DNA from: Podarcis vaucheri
Lineage: Eukaryota
Assembly (NCBI GenBank): GCA_965113315.1
Contig: OZ220363.1
Length of the DNA stretch: 64,000 nucleotides
Direction: 5' to 3' (one strand)
Shown: in pieces, positions 13,136 through 26,147 of the stretch
How the letters are laid out: each line of letters begins with the position of its first letter
Position numbering within the stretch: the stretch's first letter is position 1
The notes under the pieces: generated by a model
Seen by the model: only the letters and a program-made list of their open reading frames with translations
The model's database searches: none
What the model was told of the DNA's origin: nothing
Translations under genes and position numbers: made by a program

Positions 13136-13456
13136 TAAAAATGTAAGAAAATGCTTAGTTGTACATTACGTTTTTCTTTTTTTAAAAGATATTGGGAAGG
13201 TATTATGTAGCTACCCAAGTTTACTAGTGTTTTTGGTTGTTTCCCACTCATGCTGTAATTAGAAAATCCCTGTAATGAGTGTGGAGACTAGACAACTTAG
13301 ATCATGTATTAAAAAATTGTGAGTCTGTGATATCCCACCTTTCTCATGGGACTTGCAGAAGCATAGATAAAGTTTGCCGTGGGAAACATACCTGTTCAAC
13401 TTTCAAGGTGGATTCACGGGTTACAGTTTCTAGGCTCACCTTGTCACATTACTGTA

Positions 13457-13669
13457 CAGTGGTACCTCGGGTTACGAACTTAATTCATTCCAGAAGTCCG
13501 TTCTTAACCTGGCGCGGATTCCCTACATAGGCCTCCCGCGGCCCTGGAAGCGGATTGCGTTCATATCCCAGGGTAAAGTTCGCAACCCGGAACACCTACT
13601 TCTGGGTTTGTGGAGTTCATAACCCAAAGCATTCGTAAGCTGGACTGTTCGTAACCCGAGGTACCACTG
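13457..13669. mobile_element. Tc1/mariner (Tigger-like) MITE
   Basis: TIRs CAGTGGTACCTCGGGTTACGAAC...GTTCGTAACCCGAGGTACCACTG, TA TSD. Confidence 0.92.
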
Positions 13670-16600
13670 TAAACTTGAATGCTTGACATGGAATCTGGAT
13701 CCAGAGTATATGGGGGAATGCTTCATTCCCTGTAAGCTCCCACCCCCCTGCTTTTTCATTTAATCACCTAAAGCTCTCCTTAAAGGCAAGGGAAGCTATA
13801 GCAGAATGTTGCTTTCTGTGGGAGTGCACATTCTGTAGAACTTGTTTTTTCTACAGAGAGATTTATCTGGCTAACTTTCTTCAGGTTTTTAAAGGGACAG
13901 TACAGACTTCTTTATTCAACAAAGTATTTGCATATGTTTAACGTGCAGGATTTTATTTGACTGTATTTGACTTTCTTCTGAAGGGACCTTGTTTGCAAAA
14001 ATGTCAATGAAATATTGGCACTGGAGCAAAGTTGGTAGGTGGCTTTAATGCAGTGGCTGCTTTTATATTTGTAGTGGGAGCTATTTTAGGATAGAGTGGT
14101 GGTATATAAATTTTAAAAGTCATAGCAACAAACAAAGAAGAAAAAGGAAGTGATGAAAATGTCTAAAATGCTTTGAAGGAGCTCATCAGTGTGTGTACTT
14201 AGGAAAAAGAAGCAGATCTTGTTCCACTGGTTTTGTAAACTCAAGGGTTAACTCTTCCGATTATGTTCCAGGAAGTAGTAGTTTGTCTGTACAATGACAC
14301 TTTACTTTTATTTTCTGACATGGAGAGATGGCAAACCGTACACTTCTAAACAAAAAGTGGACTATTAAATCAACGTAGCAAGTGGTCTACTTTCAGCAGA
14401 GTTCTGCATTTGTAAGTATATAATGCCAAGTAATAAATGCACTGTGTTTCATAATTGAGAATACATATTCTTTATATCCTGGACAAAATAAAATGAATGG
14501 GCTGGAAGGTGGAAGGCTTCAATCACTCCTAGGTATCTTATTTAGAAAACATTCACACCAGTTTGTTAAATAGAGAGGTGGGTGTTTTAAAGTTTGTTTA
14601 AACTTATTTTTTCTTGCATTTACATGGGGCCAAAGCTCAAAGCTGACATAAAACTAAGACTCAGGTAGCATGTGACTCAACGGAATGTACTTTATCAACA
14701 TTCCTAACCGATAGGGCACTGACAGGAGTGCCAGATAAAAGCCTCTGAATTTCTAATTTCCTTTTTGGCTCAGAAGAAGGTGCAGGGGGAAAATCAAGGT
14801 GCAGTTACATGAAATCTGGAAGAAGTTGCTGAACCAGAAATAGGTATGTTAGATATTTTAAAAGACCGTTTTTGACAAGTGCTGCTAGTGTTCAGGTGTT
14901 TAGGCTAGCAAACAGGATGGTGTAGCTCTCCCTTATTGCCTGTTTTCAGGGAGGGGACCTGGTTCTGGGCAGGGACAGCTGGGCTTGAGTGGTGTGCTTC
15001 AGTGTGGTAGGATAATGGGGGAAGTGCTAAGCCAATCAAACAAAACTCTTCTGTAACCAGTGCTTTCAGAGCCGCAGCACATAGGAAATACAGTCAGCTT
15101 AACTAAAGACCTAGGAGATTTTAACCGAAAACATACATGTAGTAAAGCTTAGCTGATGAAGTAACTAGTCAAGGATCTAACTTCTCTTAAAAAATAAATT
15201 ACCATCTTCTAATAGTGTGGTCTTGGTGGTCCTACTCATGTATCGCCAGTCTGTCCAAAAACACAGATTCCAGTGCTTTTAATTTCTAGGACATGTTCAG
15301 ATTCTTCCTTTTGCCTCTCATTTCCACTGAGAATTATGCCCAGGGAGAGAGTAGCAGTTGGCTTTGGGCTCACGTAATCTCTCCCTGCCCCTGCCCCTGC
15401 CCCAGGCTCCTTACCCTGGGAGAAACAAACATTATTTTTTTCTGTGTTTATTAGATCATGGGATCTCCTTGGCTCTCTCAGGTATATAACCCACAAGTGA
15501 AGAAGTGGGAGAGGTATAGAAGTGTTAGTTGAACTGAAGCCTGTTCTCAGTTTGCCCATTGATGGTGGTGGTGGTGGGTATATTGCCTATGGAGAGCCCT
15601 TGTTTTTAAGTTGAGACGCATGCTGACTAGGATGCTCAGGTGTCTTAACAGCAGGCGTTCCTCTCACCATAAATGGTGGTATGATGTGTGGGTGGTAAGA
15701 GAACGCTGTCTTGGCAATCTGCCAGAACTTGCTGTCCTCAAGGCTTGAAACTCATTGAAATGTCTGTGGGATGTCTAATTTGTTGAAATAGAAACCAGTA
15801 TGGGTGGTCTTGGGGAGATTGTTTTAAGTGACCTACGTAGGTTTTCATTGGGGCGTATGTTTGTATATGCTGTCATAGTACGTTACTGCATACCAACATG
15901 CCTGAAATATACCCACACTTAAGTTTTTCACCCCCATTTTTGATATATTATGTAGATTTAGAAAATGCCACCAGCCATGATTCTGATTAGGCCCCGCTGT
16001 TGCTGCTGCTGTTATGCAAAGTAGAAAAAATGACCCTGCATTAAACTATGTATTGAACATAATACTTGGTTTGGCCCATAGTGAGATTTGGATGAGGAAG
16101 CTACAGTAGTTGGAAACTGCTTGGGGAGATAGAATTCCATGCCAGATCAAGTAACCCACAGCTTGGACAAGCTGGAAGCTGTCTTTCACATCTTGTTCTT
16201 CCTGTGGGGTACTATTTTGGGGTAGCTATTTTTGAGCCATTCTTAATAACTTCAGTAGTACAATCCTGATATTGTTGTGAAGATGCTCGACTGTTCCCAG
16301 TGCCTAGCATTGCTGTAATTCCAAGAGTACCTTTTTGTCATGGTTAAGTGATCAGCTGGAAAAGCTCGTGCCATTCTGTTGCTGTTGCATACCCTCTGGG
16401 TTTTGCTTCCTGTTTGGGTACTTCTGTTTCAAGGTGTGCATTCTCCCCATTCGTGGATGCTGCACAGAGCAAGACACTGAGATGGAGATTGCTTCTAGCT
16501 CCCACCCCATTTTGTCAAGTGGCCTTTGGCCATTGTGAAAGACAAACTGGTAACAGTGGCACTTGGAAATTCGTTGTTTGCTTAAGAAAAGGCATGTGCG

Positions 16601-17000
16601 CACAGGTATATAAATAAACTGTGCACATGCCCAGAACAGAAAAATGGGGAGGAGTGGAGGGTGGGGGAAGAGTGACTGAGGATAGAGGCAGAAAATCACC
16701 ACAGAGATACTTTCTGTCAACCCCCACCCACTGGTGTGCTCTGAATATCCATGGCTGAAAACAGGAATGTGTGGGACCTGATCTGCCCCTCCCTCCAAAA
16801 CCCCCAGATCTTTGTGACTTCCTGTCTTGAAGAAGCACCCCTAGACATCTCCCTAAGAAAAAGAGGGCCTAGCAGCTGGCACTTTTTGCTGTGGCAGATG
16901 ACAGTTTCTTTCCATGATCAACAGTTACCCATAGTAAGCATGTCTAGTCTAGGTGAGTTACTTCATGTAGATGTTTCTTTGGGGCCTTCTGTTAAGAAAG

Positions 17001-17170
17001 GTCGATAGCTCAGTGGGACAGCTCATGCTTTGGGAGTGACAAGTGATAAAATCCCCACCTTCTCCAGGTATGACTGGAAAAGATTCCTCTCTGAAACTGT
17101 GGAGAGGTACTGCCAGTCAGTGTGGGGCATTACTGAGCTGGATGGACCAGTAGTCTGACATGGCGTATAT
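17001..17170 (+). mobile_element. Degenerate tRNA-derived SINE
   Basis: TAGCTCAGTGG A-box head and ctgccagtcagtgt...actgagctggatggacca...gtctgac body. Confidence 0.6.
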
Positions 17171-18358
17171 ATTTTCCAAACGAATAGACACAGTCTGCCT
17201 GTTTTAAAGATACTTGGGTATGTTCTTGAGTTTTATTGGGAAATAGCACAACAGGGACACATTTTGGGGTGGGGGTGGGGAGGTGCAGCTAAGAGCTTGT
17301 TAGGCATGCAATATGTTCACTTGCCATTTCCCCTTCTCAAGTATTACATGCAATGTATCTGAACGAGTCAAGAGCCAAAGCTAATGCTGTTGCAGAGAAG
17401 AAGAAAGGGGTACACTTTGTTATGGGGATTCGATGAAGAGGGCTGAACCATGTGAGCTCCTTAGAGAAAAAGGACGGGATATAAATGCAACAAACACACC
17501 TTAAGCATTGCTTTGATATGTGTCCTCATGTGACTACAACAATACCTGAATGCTTCCATCTTCAGCCAGGGAATGTAAACACGTTGAAGGTATTTTTGCA
17601 ATCTGTTGATGCATTGCCCCCTCTTGGAAATCTGTACAAGAAACGCTTGGCTTTGTGCAGAAGGGGGCTGTCCTAAAATATTTGTGCCTTTGTGAGAATG
17701 GAGTAACCAGCAATTCTCAAACGGCAGGGCTTATTTTTAGCTAAGTCTCAGCCTGAAATAAATTGGAAGCTGAGGAGCGTTCTGATAAACACGAGTAAAA
17801 CAGAGACAGGAAATAGAGGGTCTTTGGGTAATGAGTTCCAGCCACTCTTGAAACAGAAAGCTAGTGAAGGCATTACTTGAAAATAGTTTCTCTATGACAG
17901 CCTAGCAATTTTTAGCTTGTTATTTTACCATTAAAAGGGAACACTCTTACTGCACTACAGAGTTTTCAACTGCACTACAGAAGCTTCCCTTTCTCCCTCC
18001 CTCCCTCTCTCTTTTTTCCCCTCAGACCATCTGGCATTATGCATCTTTTGAAGCCTTTAGAATGATATTACTGCCTGTTGATGACTGATCTCTGCTTAAA
18101 AAAACCCAGATGCTCTCTGGGTTGGGGAGGTGGGGAGACGCTGCCTGAAGTTTGTACAGTTGTGTGTGTACATTCAGCAGAAGAGTTTAGAAGGAGCCCG
18201 GGGGACAATTTTAAGTCAAATATGTACAGACATCCAGCTTGCTAGAGGTAGAGAAACTCAGTGTGAGTTGGGGAGAGCGCTAGATAGAAAGATTGTGGTG
18301 TCTCTCCAGAACAAAGCTGTGAACCCAGGGAATATAATTGCTGAGATGGGCCCGAAGC

Positions 18359-18406
18359 ATGGAGAGTGAGATTGATATTTACAAACACTTCACGTGGCTA
18401 AAGAGG
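18359..18406 (+). CDS. PPFIBP2: Candidate alternative first coding exon (MESEIDIYKHFTWLKR), phase 0
   Basis: Strong Kozak context agcATGG, 16 open codons, consensus donor AGG|GTAAGT. Phase 0 matches the next exon at 25321. Confidence 0.7.
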
Positions 18407-20817
18407 GTAAGTGACTCTTCTGCAGTTCTGTTACTTAACAGCTTTGTGGGTAGAGAAAATGGAATACATTAACTTTTTCCACCTCTGTGGGAAATTATGG
18501 CTTGTCCCACAGTCTGAAAATGGGACAGGCATTGAGGAGAGAACCAATATTCCTTTGTCTTTACAAAGATCAGTGGAAGTGTTCTGAGTACTGTTTTAAT
18601 GTGGTATTAAATGATAACTGTCCAAAGAGGGTTTCAGATCTGATCCTAGTTCACAGCTAATGGTGAAAATGCATGTGTGCATTTCACGTTACCAGCTTTT
18701 CAGGTAACCCTTTCTTTCTTTGTCTAACGTTTGCGCATATACTATAGTTGCGTGCTTTTAAACATGGCAAGCTAACCTGTGGATTTTAAATAACTCAATC
18801 CCATTGACCACAATAGGTTTGAAATCAGTTTCTCCCAATTCGTTTTGCATTTAGATCACAATGATCATCTTAATTTTTTAGTGGCTAATTTAAATCCAGT
18901 ATTGAGAAGCACTTTAACTATATTTTATCTATAGGGGATGTGGGGTAGCGAGGATAGCATAAGGCAGAATTTCTTCATCTTCTTGAAGAATTTTTGTTTG
19001 TCTCTCTACATAAATGTACTTAAGGTTGCAGTGAAATACACTTCACAAGGAGTATTCATATCACTACTCAGTTGAAATAATGCTAAGTAGTACTGGAACA
19101 TTCCTCTTCCAAGTGCCTTTGCGTACTAAGGAAAATAATATACAACCTTGGCAAAGTGCAGTATTCATCATTGGCTCTATTAATGACTAAAGTGAAGTTT
19201 AAATGAACTGGGATTACATAGTTGAGTTTTTGCACTGAGGAAGTTTGTTTCACTATGCAATATTATGAATGTCTACTTATAAGCAAAGCTCATTGAGCTT
19301 AATGGTCCTTACTCCCAGCTAAGTGGATATAAGATAGCAGCCTCAGGTCTGCCATTCTGGAGACTCAAAAGGACAAGAAATGGCAGTTAATATTTTAAAG
19401 GATATGCATCTGAGTGATAAAATAATGCACATTTTATTTGTGTAGGAAGTCTGATTTTAGCTCCGAAAGTAAATGGTCAGATTACGTATTTAGCATCATA
19501 TATTTTCAAAGCTAAGTGGTGAAAGTTCATAGTAAGTAGGACATACAGCATTTGCACTAAATTGATCTTAATATTGGTTCTCTTCAGCTAAACAAATTTT
19601 CAGAAAGCCGGACTATGCTTGCAAACTAAGCTCTGGTTTCCTGTGGCAGAAAGGACATTGACACTGTGCAACATTCTTGTGGGAGAACTCATTCTCAAGA
19701 TTGTGGGCGTAATTGGGATTATATCCAAACACAGTTTGCTAAATATGTGCACGGTGCTCTGTTAGAACAGCCTGTGGAGTCTCTGCTCTTATTCTAAGGA
19801 AATGGAAGTGTGATGGAATGTCAGTAGCTGTGAGTAGCTTCTTTATATGTAGAGGGTTTTAAAAGTGTGGTACACTGATTGCAACATGCCTGTGAATAGT
19901 GATTCTTAAAGAATGGTTGTCGGGGCAGCGGAGGGATGTAGTAAAGACAGAACTTATGTTGTGGTCCCGTGGGGGATAAAATGAGGAAATGCAGTAAAAG
20001 GGCTCCAGGCATTTCTGCATTTCTCCCAGGAAAAACTTGATTCCCATTGTGCTCACACAAGCTCCTTTGATAAGTAATTAAAACATTTGCAGAAAGCTGT
20101 GCAGTGAATTCATTCTGATGCCACATGATCCCGTTGCTGTTGCATGCTTGGGCACCAACTGCGGTGGTAACCTGATGCTCTTTTGGCTGGTAATAAAAGC
20201 ACTGCTTCCTCCAATAGATGCTGGGGGGGGGGGGGAGAGCAGCAAGGGTGAGGAACTGAACTGGGCTCCCGTCAGTTCTCAGTTACGTGTGCCAAACCTG
20301 GCTCTAGTTTCACGGGACGGGGGAATGAAATGGGCATAACATCAGTTTTGTTATTGCAAGAGTGCAGAGCCAGGTTTGCTGAATGATTTAGTGGTGAGTT
20401 GTAAGGCAGGAGGAAAAGTATGAAGTGGCTAAAATACTCAGTTGATCAAATGATTCAGCTGCCCAAACCTTTGAACCCACTTGCATTTTATAAGCCATAG
20501 AATCTAAGGGCTTGTGGTTGCTCTACTTGAACTTGCTTGAAAGTGCCATTCATGATATCTGTAGCACTCCTATCAAATGTCCATGACAAAACACCCCTTC
20601 CTTGTAAGCAATTCCAGCCAAGAAGAGGCTTGTTCAAAGTCCAGTCAAGAGATCTTGGGGCACTGGTCATGTGGCAGCATGCGAAAGGGACAAGTAACTG
20701 GAGCCAAAACAAACAGCCTCCCCTTTTCTTTGATCATAAAGCAAGCAGAGTTGCTTTTCCCCCCTCTTATCAAAGAGGCTTTGGTGACAAGTAGAGGAGG
20801 GATGTGTTATATGTGTA

Positions 20818-20965
20818 TAGTGGCGTAGCGTGGGTTGTCAGCACCCGGGGCAAGGCAAGTAATTTGCGCCCCCTAACCCGTGGATTTGCGCCCCCTAACC
20901 CTAACCCCCAGATGTTGCGCCCGGTGCGGCTGGCCCCCCCCTGCACCCCCCACGCTACACCACTG
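20818..20965. mobile_element. hAT-type MITE with 8-bp TSD
   Basis: TIRs TAGTGGCGTAGCGTGGG / CCCACGCTACACCACTG; TSD TATGTGTA at 20810-20817 and 20966-20973. Confidence 0.9.
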
Positions 20966-23900
20966 TATGTGTACTCTCATTTAAGGGGGTGATGTAAATT
21001 GGCCACAAAAAGCACCTCATTACTTTGTTTTAAATTATATATGCATGGATCTCCTTTCCATTAAAGAAATTGTGGCTTCTAGTAAGCAGGATAAGACTGC
21101 AGATTTGAATAATGGTAATACTTTTATTAATGTTAAGTCATGGTTTGTTCAGCTAAGTTACAGTTTGTTTTAATATCCGAAGCAGAAAAAGAAGGAAGAA
21201 TAAACCAGAATCCTTTGAACCAGCATAATTTAAAGCTGATTTTCAAACTCTCAGATTTTCTGTTCTCTCTGAATTGATAGACCATTGGCAAGTCATGGTT
21301 CGGGCTCTGATTCTACTTGAAGAGTGTGTCACAACTTTGGAGACAGAAGTAAACGAATGAAGCTGAGTTCTGAGCAGATGATAGACAAGGGTAGAGGAGC
21401 TCTAAACAATGATTGGCCTGTGGTACGTCAGAGTGCTACTCCATTCACTTTGTGTAAAGGACTCTTAGCATAACTCCACCCCCACACCCACACCCATCAT
21501 GGAGCTCTTGCATGTACCAGGACATCTAAAATACTCTAAGCCCATTACTGGAAGCATCAGTATTACAAACAAGTTGACGTATACCTAGAAATTTCTTTAA
21601 AATCCAGTATTTGCTGTAATATGAAGAAATTGGTCATGTAGTAGGCACATTCAAATGAGTGGTTCGCAACAATGGACATTAGTTTTTCTCTTCTTGATAT
21701 TTTTCCAGACATGAGTGCAGATTAACTAAATCCAAAGTCTTCAAAATGGTCTGTAGGGCTGAGCTACTGAACGAATAGTTGGATGACTACATTTTGTTGG
21801 CTCTGCTCTGTTTCCATCTGCCAGTTTGCATTTAAAGGAAAGTCAGAATACATTGAACATGTCTCAACAGCTACACTTGTCTGCACAAGCAGTTGCTTTT
21901 ATCATCACATGGCTATTATTCAGTATTCCAAATGGAATATAATGGCTTCACATAAACAAACAAAGCAACCAGTCCTTGCGATATAGCTGCAGTGAATAGC
22001 CTGGGAGAAAAAAGCAGCTAATCTGAGTAAATTCACCAAAGCACTCCTGCATGTGTGCTGCGTGGAAGACCAGCCTTGTTTGTGCTCAGTTGAATTAAGG
22101 AAAGGATGTTTTTGAGTTCTTCTTCATGACAGTTGTTCATACAAGGCTATGCAAGGCTACTAGTAGTGTTGTTGAAACTTGGCATGTCTCTCACCTGCTT
22201 CCTTCCACATTTAGCCTGTTACCATGTTGTGTTCCCATAAAATGTTGTAAAAATTTGTCCCCTCCTCCATTTACAAACCATGGGGGCATCTTTCTTCTCT
22301 CTGGTCTCCTACTTTTTACATTCTTTTCTTACATTCAGACCTTGTAATACTTCCTCCAAAATTAATGCACAGGCTTTGTATCTTCTTCCTAATTACCTCA
22401 CATGGTCATTTGTGAGTATAAAATGGGGGTATGTTCCTTTGAGCCCCTTGTTGGAGGAAAGGTGGGTGATAAATGAAGTAGAAAAATCTATTTTCTTTTT
22501 TTTAAAAAAAGCACTGAACACTGCAGAAACCTTATATACCTTTCTCCCTCAGTCCACCCAACACACAAATTGCAGTATGCCCCACAAAACTCTACCGTGG
22601 CCCTCTTAAGTTATGTTTTCCCTTTGAATTGTTTTAGAGGCTTTTGGAAAGAATTTCTTGCACATTAAGTTAGAGATGAAAGGGCTTCTACCAGGCACAC
22701 ATAATTTATTGGCTCTTTGTGTTAGGTACCCAGGTCCTACTTTTAGGCGCAGAGTAAGGCAGCCACTTCAGGTAGTTGGTTTTTGGATGTATTGAAAATG
22801 CAGCGGATTGTAGGTATTTAATATATTATTATATTTCCACTCACGCGAGTCACGTTTGTGCTGCCAAAATAACTCGGCAAGCATTGGGCGCACTATGCAT
22901 CTTGGGTGCTTTGTTCAGCCTTCAGGCAGCAAAATGTCTTGGGCCAGTCCTGCAGATGCCCAGTACTCCCTGTTCTTAGAGAGCAGTGTCTCTCTCACCT
23001 GCCTATGTAAACACATTTCTGAATAACCTTGGAGTCCTCCAGGGCATGTCTTTGACTTTATGCAACCTGTCCCACTCCAGATTGTCTCTGGAGCCTCTTG
23101 ATAGCAGTCTCCCCTTGTTCCAGTTCTGAGCTCTAGGTCCTGGGATGGTTGCTCCAGTTGTCCACTGCTCCCCTACCTCCTCCTACAATCTACGCAATTC
23201 CGAAGCCATATGTGAAAGCTTTCACGTTAATTTGGAAAAGTGTGGATAACTGTGTAGCTCATACTGCTCAAGGAAAATGTCTACACTTCAAATATGACAT
23301 TCTTTAAACACAGCCAGTGAACGGCTGCCAAAACTTTAAAAGTTCAAAAACCAGATGTTTCTGGGGTCTGTGATCCTTTACCAGGTGAATGACCACAGGA
23401 GGTTCTTCTTGGGGAGCCATGACAGCACTTGCTTCCATCATAATCTACAAGCCTGTACCCTTGGGCCATATTGCTATGTTTTTTATCTTCTCATTATGTT
23501 TGCCATAAAGAGAGCCAGTATCTTAAGAGATGCCGTCTGAGACAGAGCAGCTGTTTGCTTAGTAGGTGAGCCTGTCTGGACTGCATTTGTCTGTTCTTAT
23601 TAAACCTCGAAGCAGCTGATGTTTTGGCAGAGCTGATATTTTCTCCTTGGATTACTCTGTCTGATGTGGATGTTGGCTGATGTAGTTCCATCCCAAGATA
23701 TTTTGGAAGCGTTAATCAGAGCAGGAAGCATTGTAATACATTATCTATTTATGGCTTAATGCAGGATGAATCTTTATCCAGAATTTAATGAATTGTCCTG
23801 AGAGAGGCAAAACCTATTTCAACGTACAAAATACACCTGCTCTTCTAGTTGCACCAAGGGGCTTTTATCCTATAGATTCATCCTATTATGGACTTTCTGG

Positions 23901-24104
23901 GTCAAATGTGTCAGCCCAATATTAGGTCTGGCTACCTAATGAACAGAGGTCAGGAATATGCTGAGCAAAGTTATATCCCGATCATAAAGAACGTTGTGAA
24001 AGGAAATAAGACACTCTGTTTCCAGGTAAGTATGTAGATACTGCCCTCTTGGCAATGCCTGTTGCTGCCTTTCGATCCTGCACAAAACTGACTTGAGGAC
24101 AGGC

Positions 24105-24245
24105 TCAAGTGAGTAGCCATGAAACTTGCTGGGTGGCCTGTGTCTCAGCTTAACATCCTCTGCAGGGTGGCTGTGAGGATAAAATGGAGCAGGGAGGAGA
24201 ACCATGTATGGCAACTTGAGTTCTTTGGAGGAAAGGTGGCATCTA
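24105..24245 (+). mobile_element. Old CORE/MIR-like SINE fragment
   Basis: gctgggtggcc...tctcagcttaac...cagggtggctgtgaggataaaatgg...ttggaggaaaggtgg. Similar remnants near 22350-22470 and 31430-31590. Confidence 0.5.
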
Positions 24246-25320
24246 CATTGACATACTCGATAAGTATCTGAATAGAGGTGGTTAACTCATTTTACCTTTC
24301 AAATCCTGGCTGTGGCATCTTCAGCTGTGCCGGGAGTTTGTATGTTTTTTGCTACATACTGGAATTCAAGGAATGTTCTTTATAAAGAATTCAGCAGTTG
24401 CATGGAACTGTGTCACTCTTATTGCTTGATTTTCATTTGTTGTGATAAGGGTGAACTGTTGACTTTTCATAAACTGTACAATACTTTTTCCAGTGCATGG
24501 GAAGAAGTAATGAGTGTATTAATTGTTCGTCAACAGTGAATCTGAAGAACATGGTAGGATTGCCACCTTGCAGGCCTGGATGCGTACCTTAAAAAAAAAA
24601 ATCAAAAATTCCCAGTACTGTGAGAGAACGTAGCTGTGTCTTCTCTCTTCTGTTCTCTTCCCTGGTTCTGATGTCTCTGCCTGTTTTGCCCTGGTATCTC
24701 ACCCACCACAGCAGCCAATGGCAGGACCAGGATAAGAATAGGTGGGATATGCAGGGGTTTAAAGGCAACTGAACTAGAAAATATGTCTGTTTTACATATT
24801 TAAAAAATGTGCATTTCCTGTTTTGAAGGCAGGAGGGTAATAAGTAGCAGACAGCTCACTGATTTTTGGATCTGATTTGTCTTTTGTGGAATTCCAGAAA
24901 TATGCTGGAGTTGGATGGGTGGCAGTGGACTGACCTTACAGCTGGGATCAATTAATTCCCCTCTTAACCACCCCCTTCTCTCTCTCTCATATATGGGTGT
25001 AGAGAGGGGGAATGGGAAGATGTTTTCCCTTTTGCCACGATTATATCCTAGGAAATTGAAGGTGTTCCAACTTAAATTTCATTTTAAAATCCTGTAAAAT
25101 GTTTGTGGCTTAGACTTTGCCTGCAGTCCTAACCCCATTTACCTGGGAGTAGACATGGTTAGGACTGCACTGTCAGCTGAGAAAATTGTAAGCTATGTGA
25201 TACAATTGTGGCATGTTCTTATAGCTATGATGATTAGACAGTGCTTTGAAGTTCAAGGCAAGATCTAACAATACAATCACATTTCAATTACTTGTAATCT
25301 TAACCTGTTGTTCTCTTTAG

Positions 25321-25413
25321 TCCCAGGTGAATCACCATACTTCTGCCAGTAATGAAACCTATCAAGAACGCCTGACAAGACTAGAGGGTGACAAAGAGTC
25401 TCTCATACTTCAG
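25321..25413 (+). CDS. PPFIBP2: Liprin-beta-2 exon (SQVNHHTSASNETYQERLTRLEGDKESLILQ), start of coiled coil
   Basis: ttctctttAG acceptor, CAG|GTATGC donor, 93 nt, phase 0-0, conserved YQERLxRLEGDKESLILQ. Confidence 0.96.
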
Positions 25414-25781
25414 GTATGCAATTTATAGCATCACCATTTGCATTTGGAATTTATTGGTGTGTTTGTTGCTCATTGTGAAAAGCAGGAGAATAGAATATCA
25501 TTATCTCATGTATTTTATATTCTGCTTTTCAGGGCAAGGACTATTTTTAAAAAATCCCTGTACCTACTTCAAATGAAAGAATTTTGGTCTTGGCCTGTGT
25601 GGTGTTGAATTCACTTTATTCTTTTAACAGTGTTATTTGAAATATAATAAAAGTCTTATGCTCTGTTTCTTGGGGGTTAATCGCAGCAACTGTTAGTTAT
25701 TGTAGTGGTTGTTGTCAACTTTTAAATTCAATTTCCTATCTGAAAATTCTACATATTTTAGATACACATATATATTATAAT

Positions 25782-26147
25782 GAGGGACGCGGGTGGCGCT
25801 GTGGGTTAAAGCCTCAACGCCTAGGGCTTGCCGATCGAAAGGTCGGCGGTTCGAATCCCCGCGGCGGGGTGCGCTCCCGCTGCTCGGTCCCAGCGCCTGC
25901 CCACCTAGCAGTTCGAAAGCACCCCCGGGGGCAAGTAGATAAATAGGTACCGCTTACCAGCGGGAAGGTAAACGGCGTTCCGTGTGCGGCTCTGGCTCGC
26001 CAGAGCAGCGATGTCACGCTGGCCACGTGACCCGGAAGTGTCCCCGGACAGCGCTGGCCCCCGGCCAATAAATGTGAGATGGGCGCACAAACCCCACAGT
26101 CTGTCAAGACTGGCCCGTTCGGGCAGGGGTACCTTTACCTTTACCTT
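25782..26147 (+). mobile_element. Full-length Sauria-type SINE with TSD
   Basis: GGGACGCGGGTGGCGCTGTGG head, GGTTCGAATCC B-box, (ACCTTT)3 tail, TSD TATATATTATAAT at 25769-25781 and 26148-26160. Confidence 0.94.
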
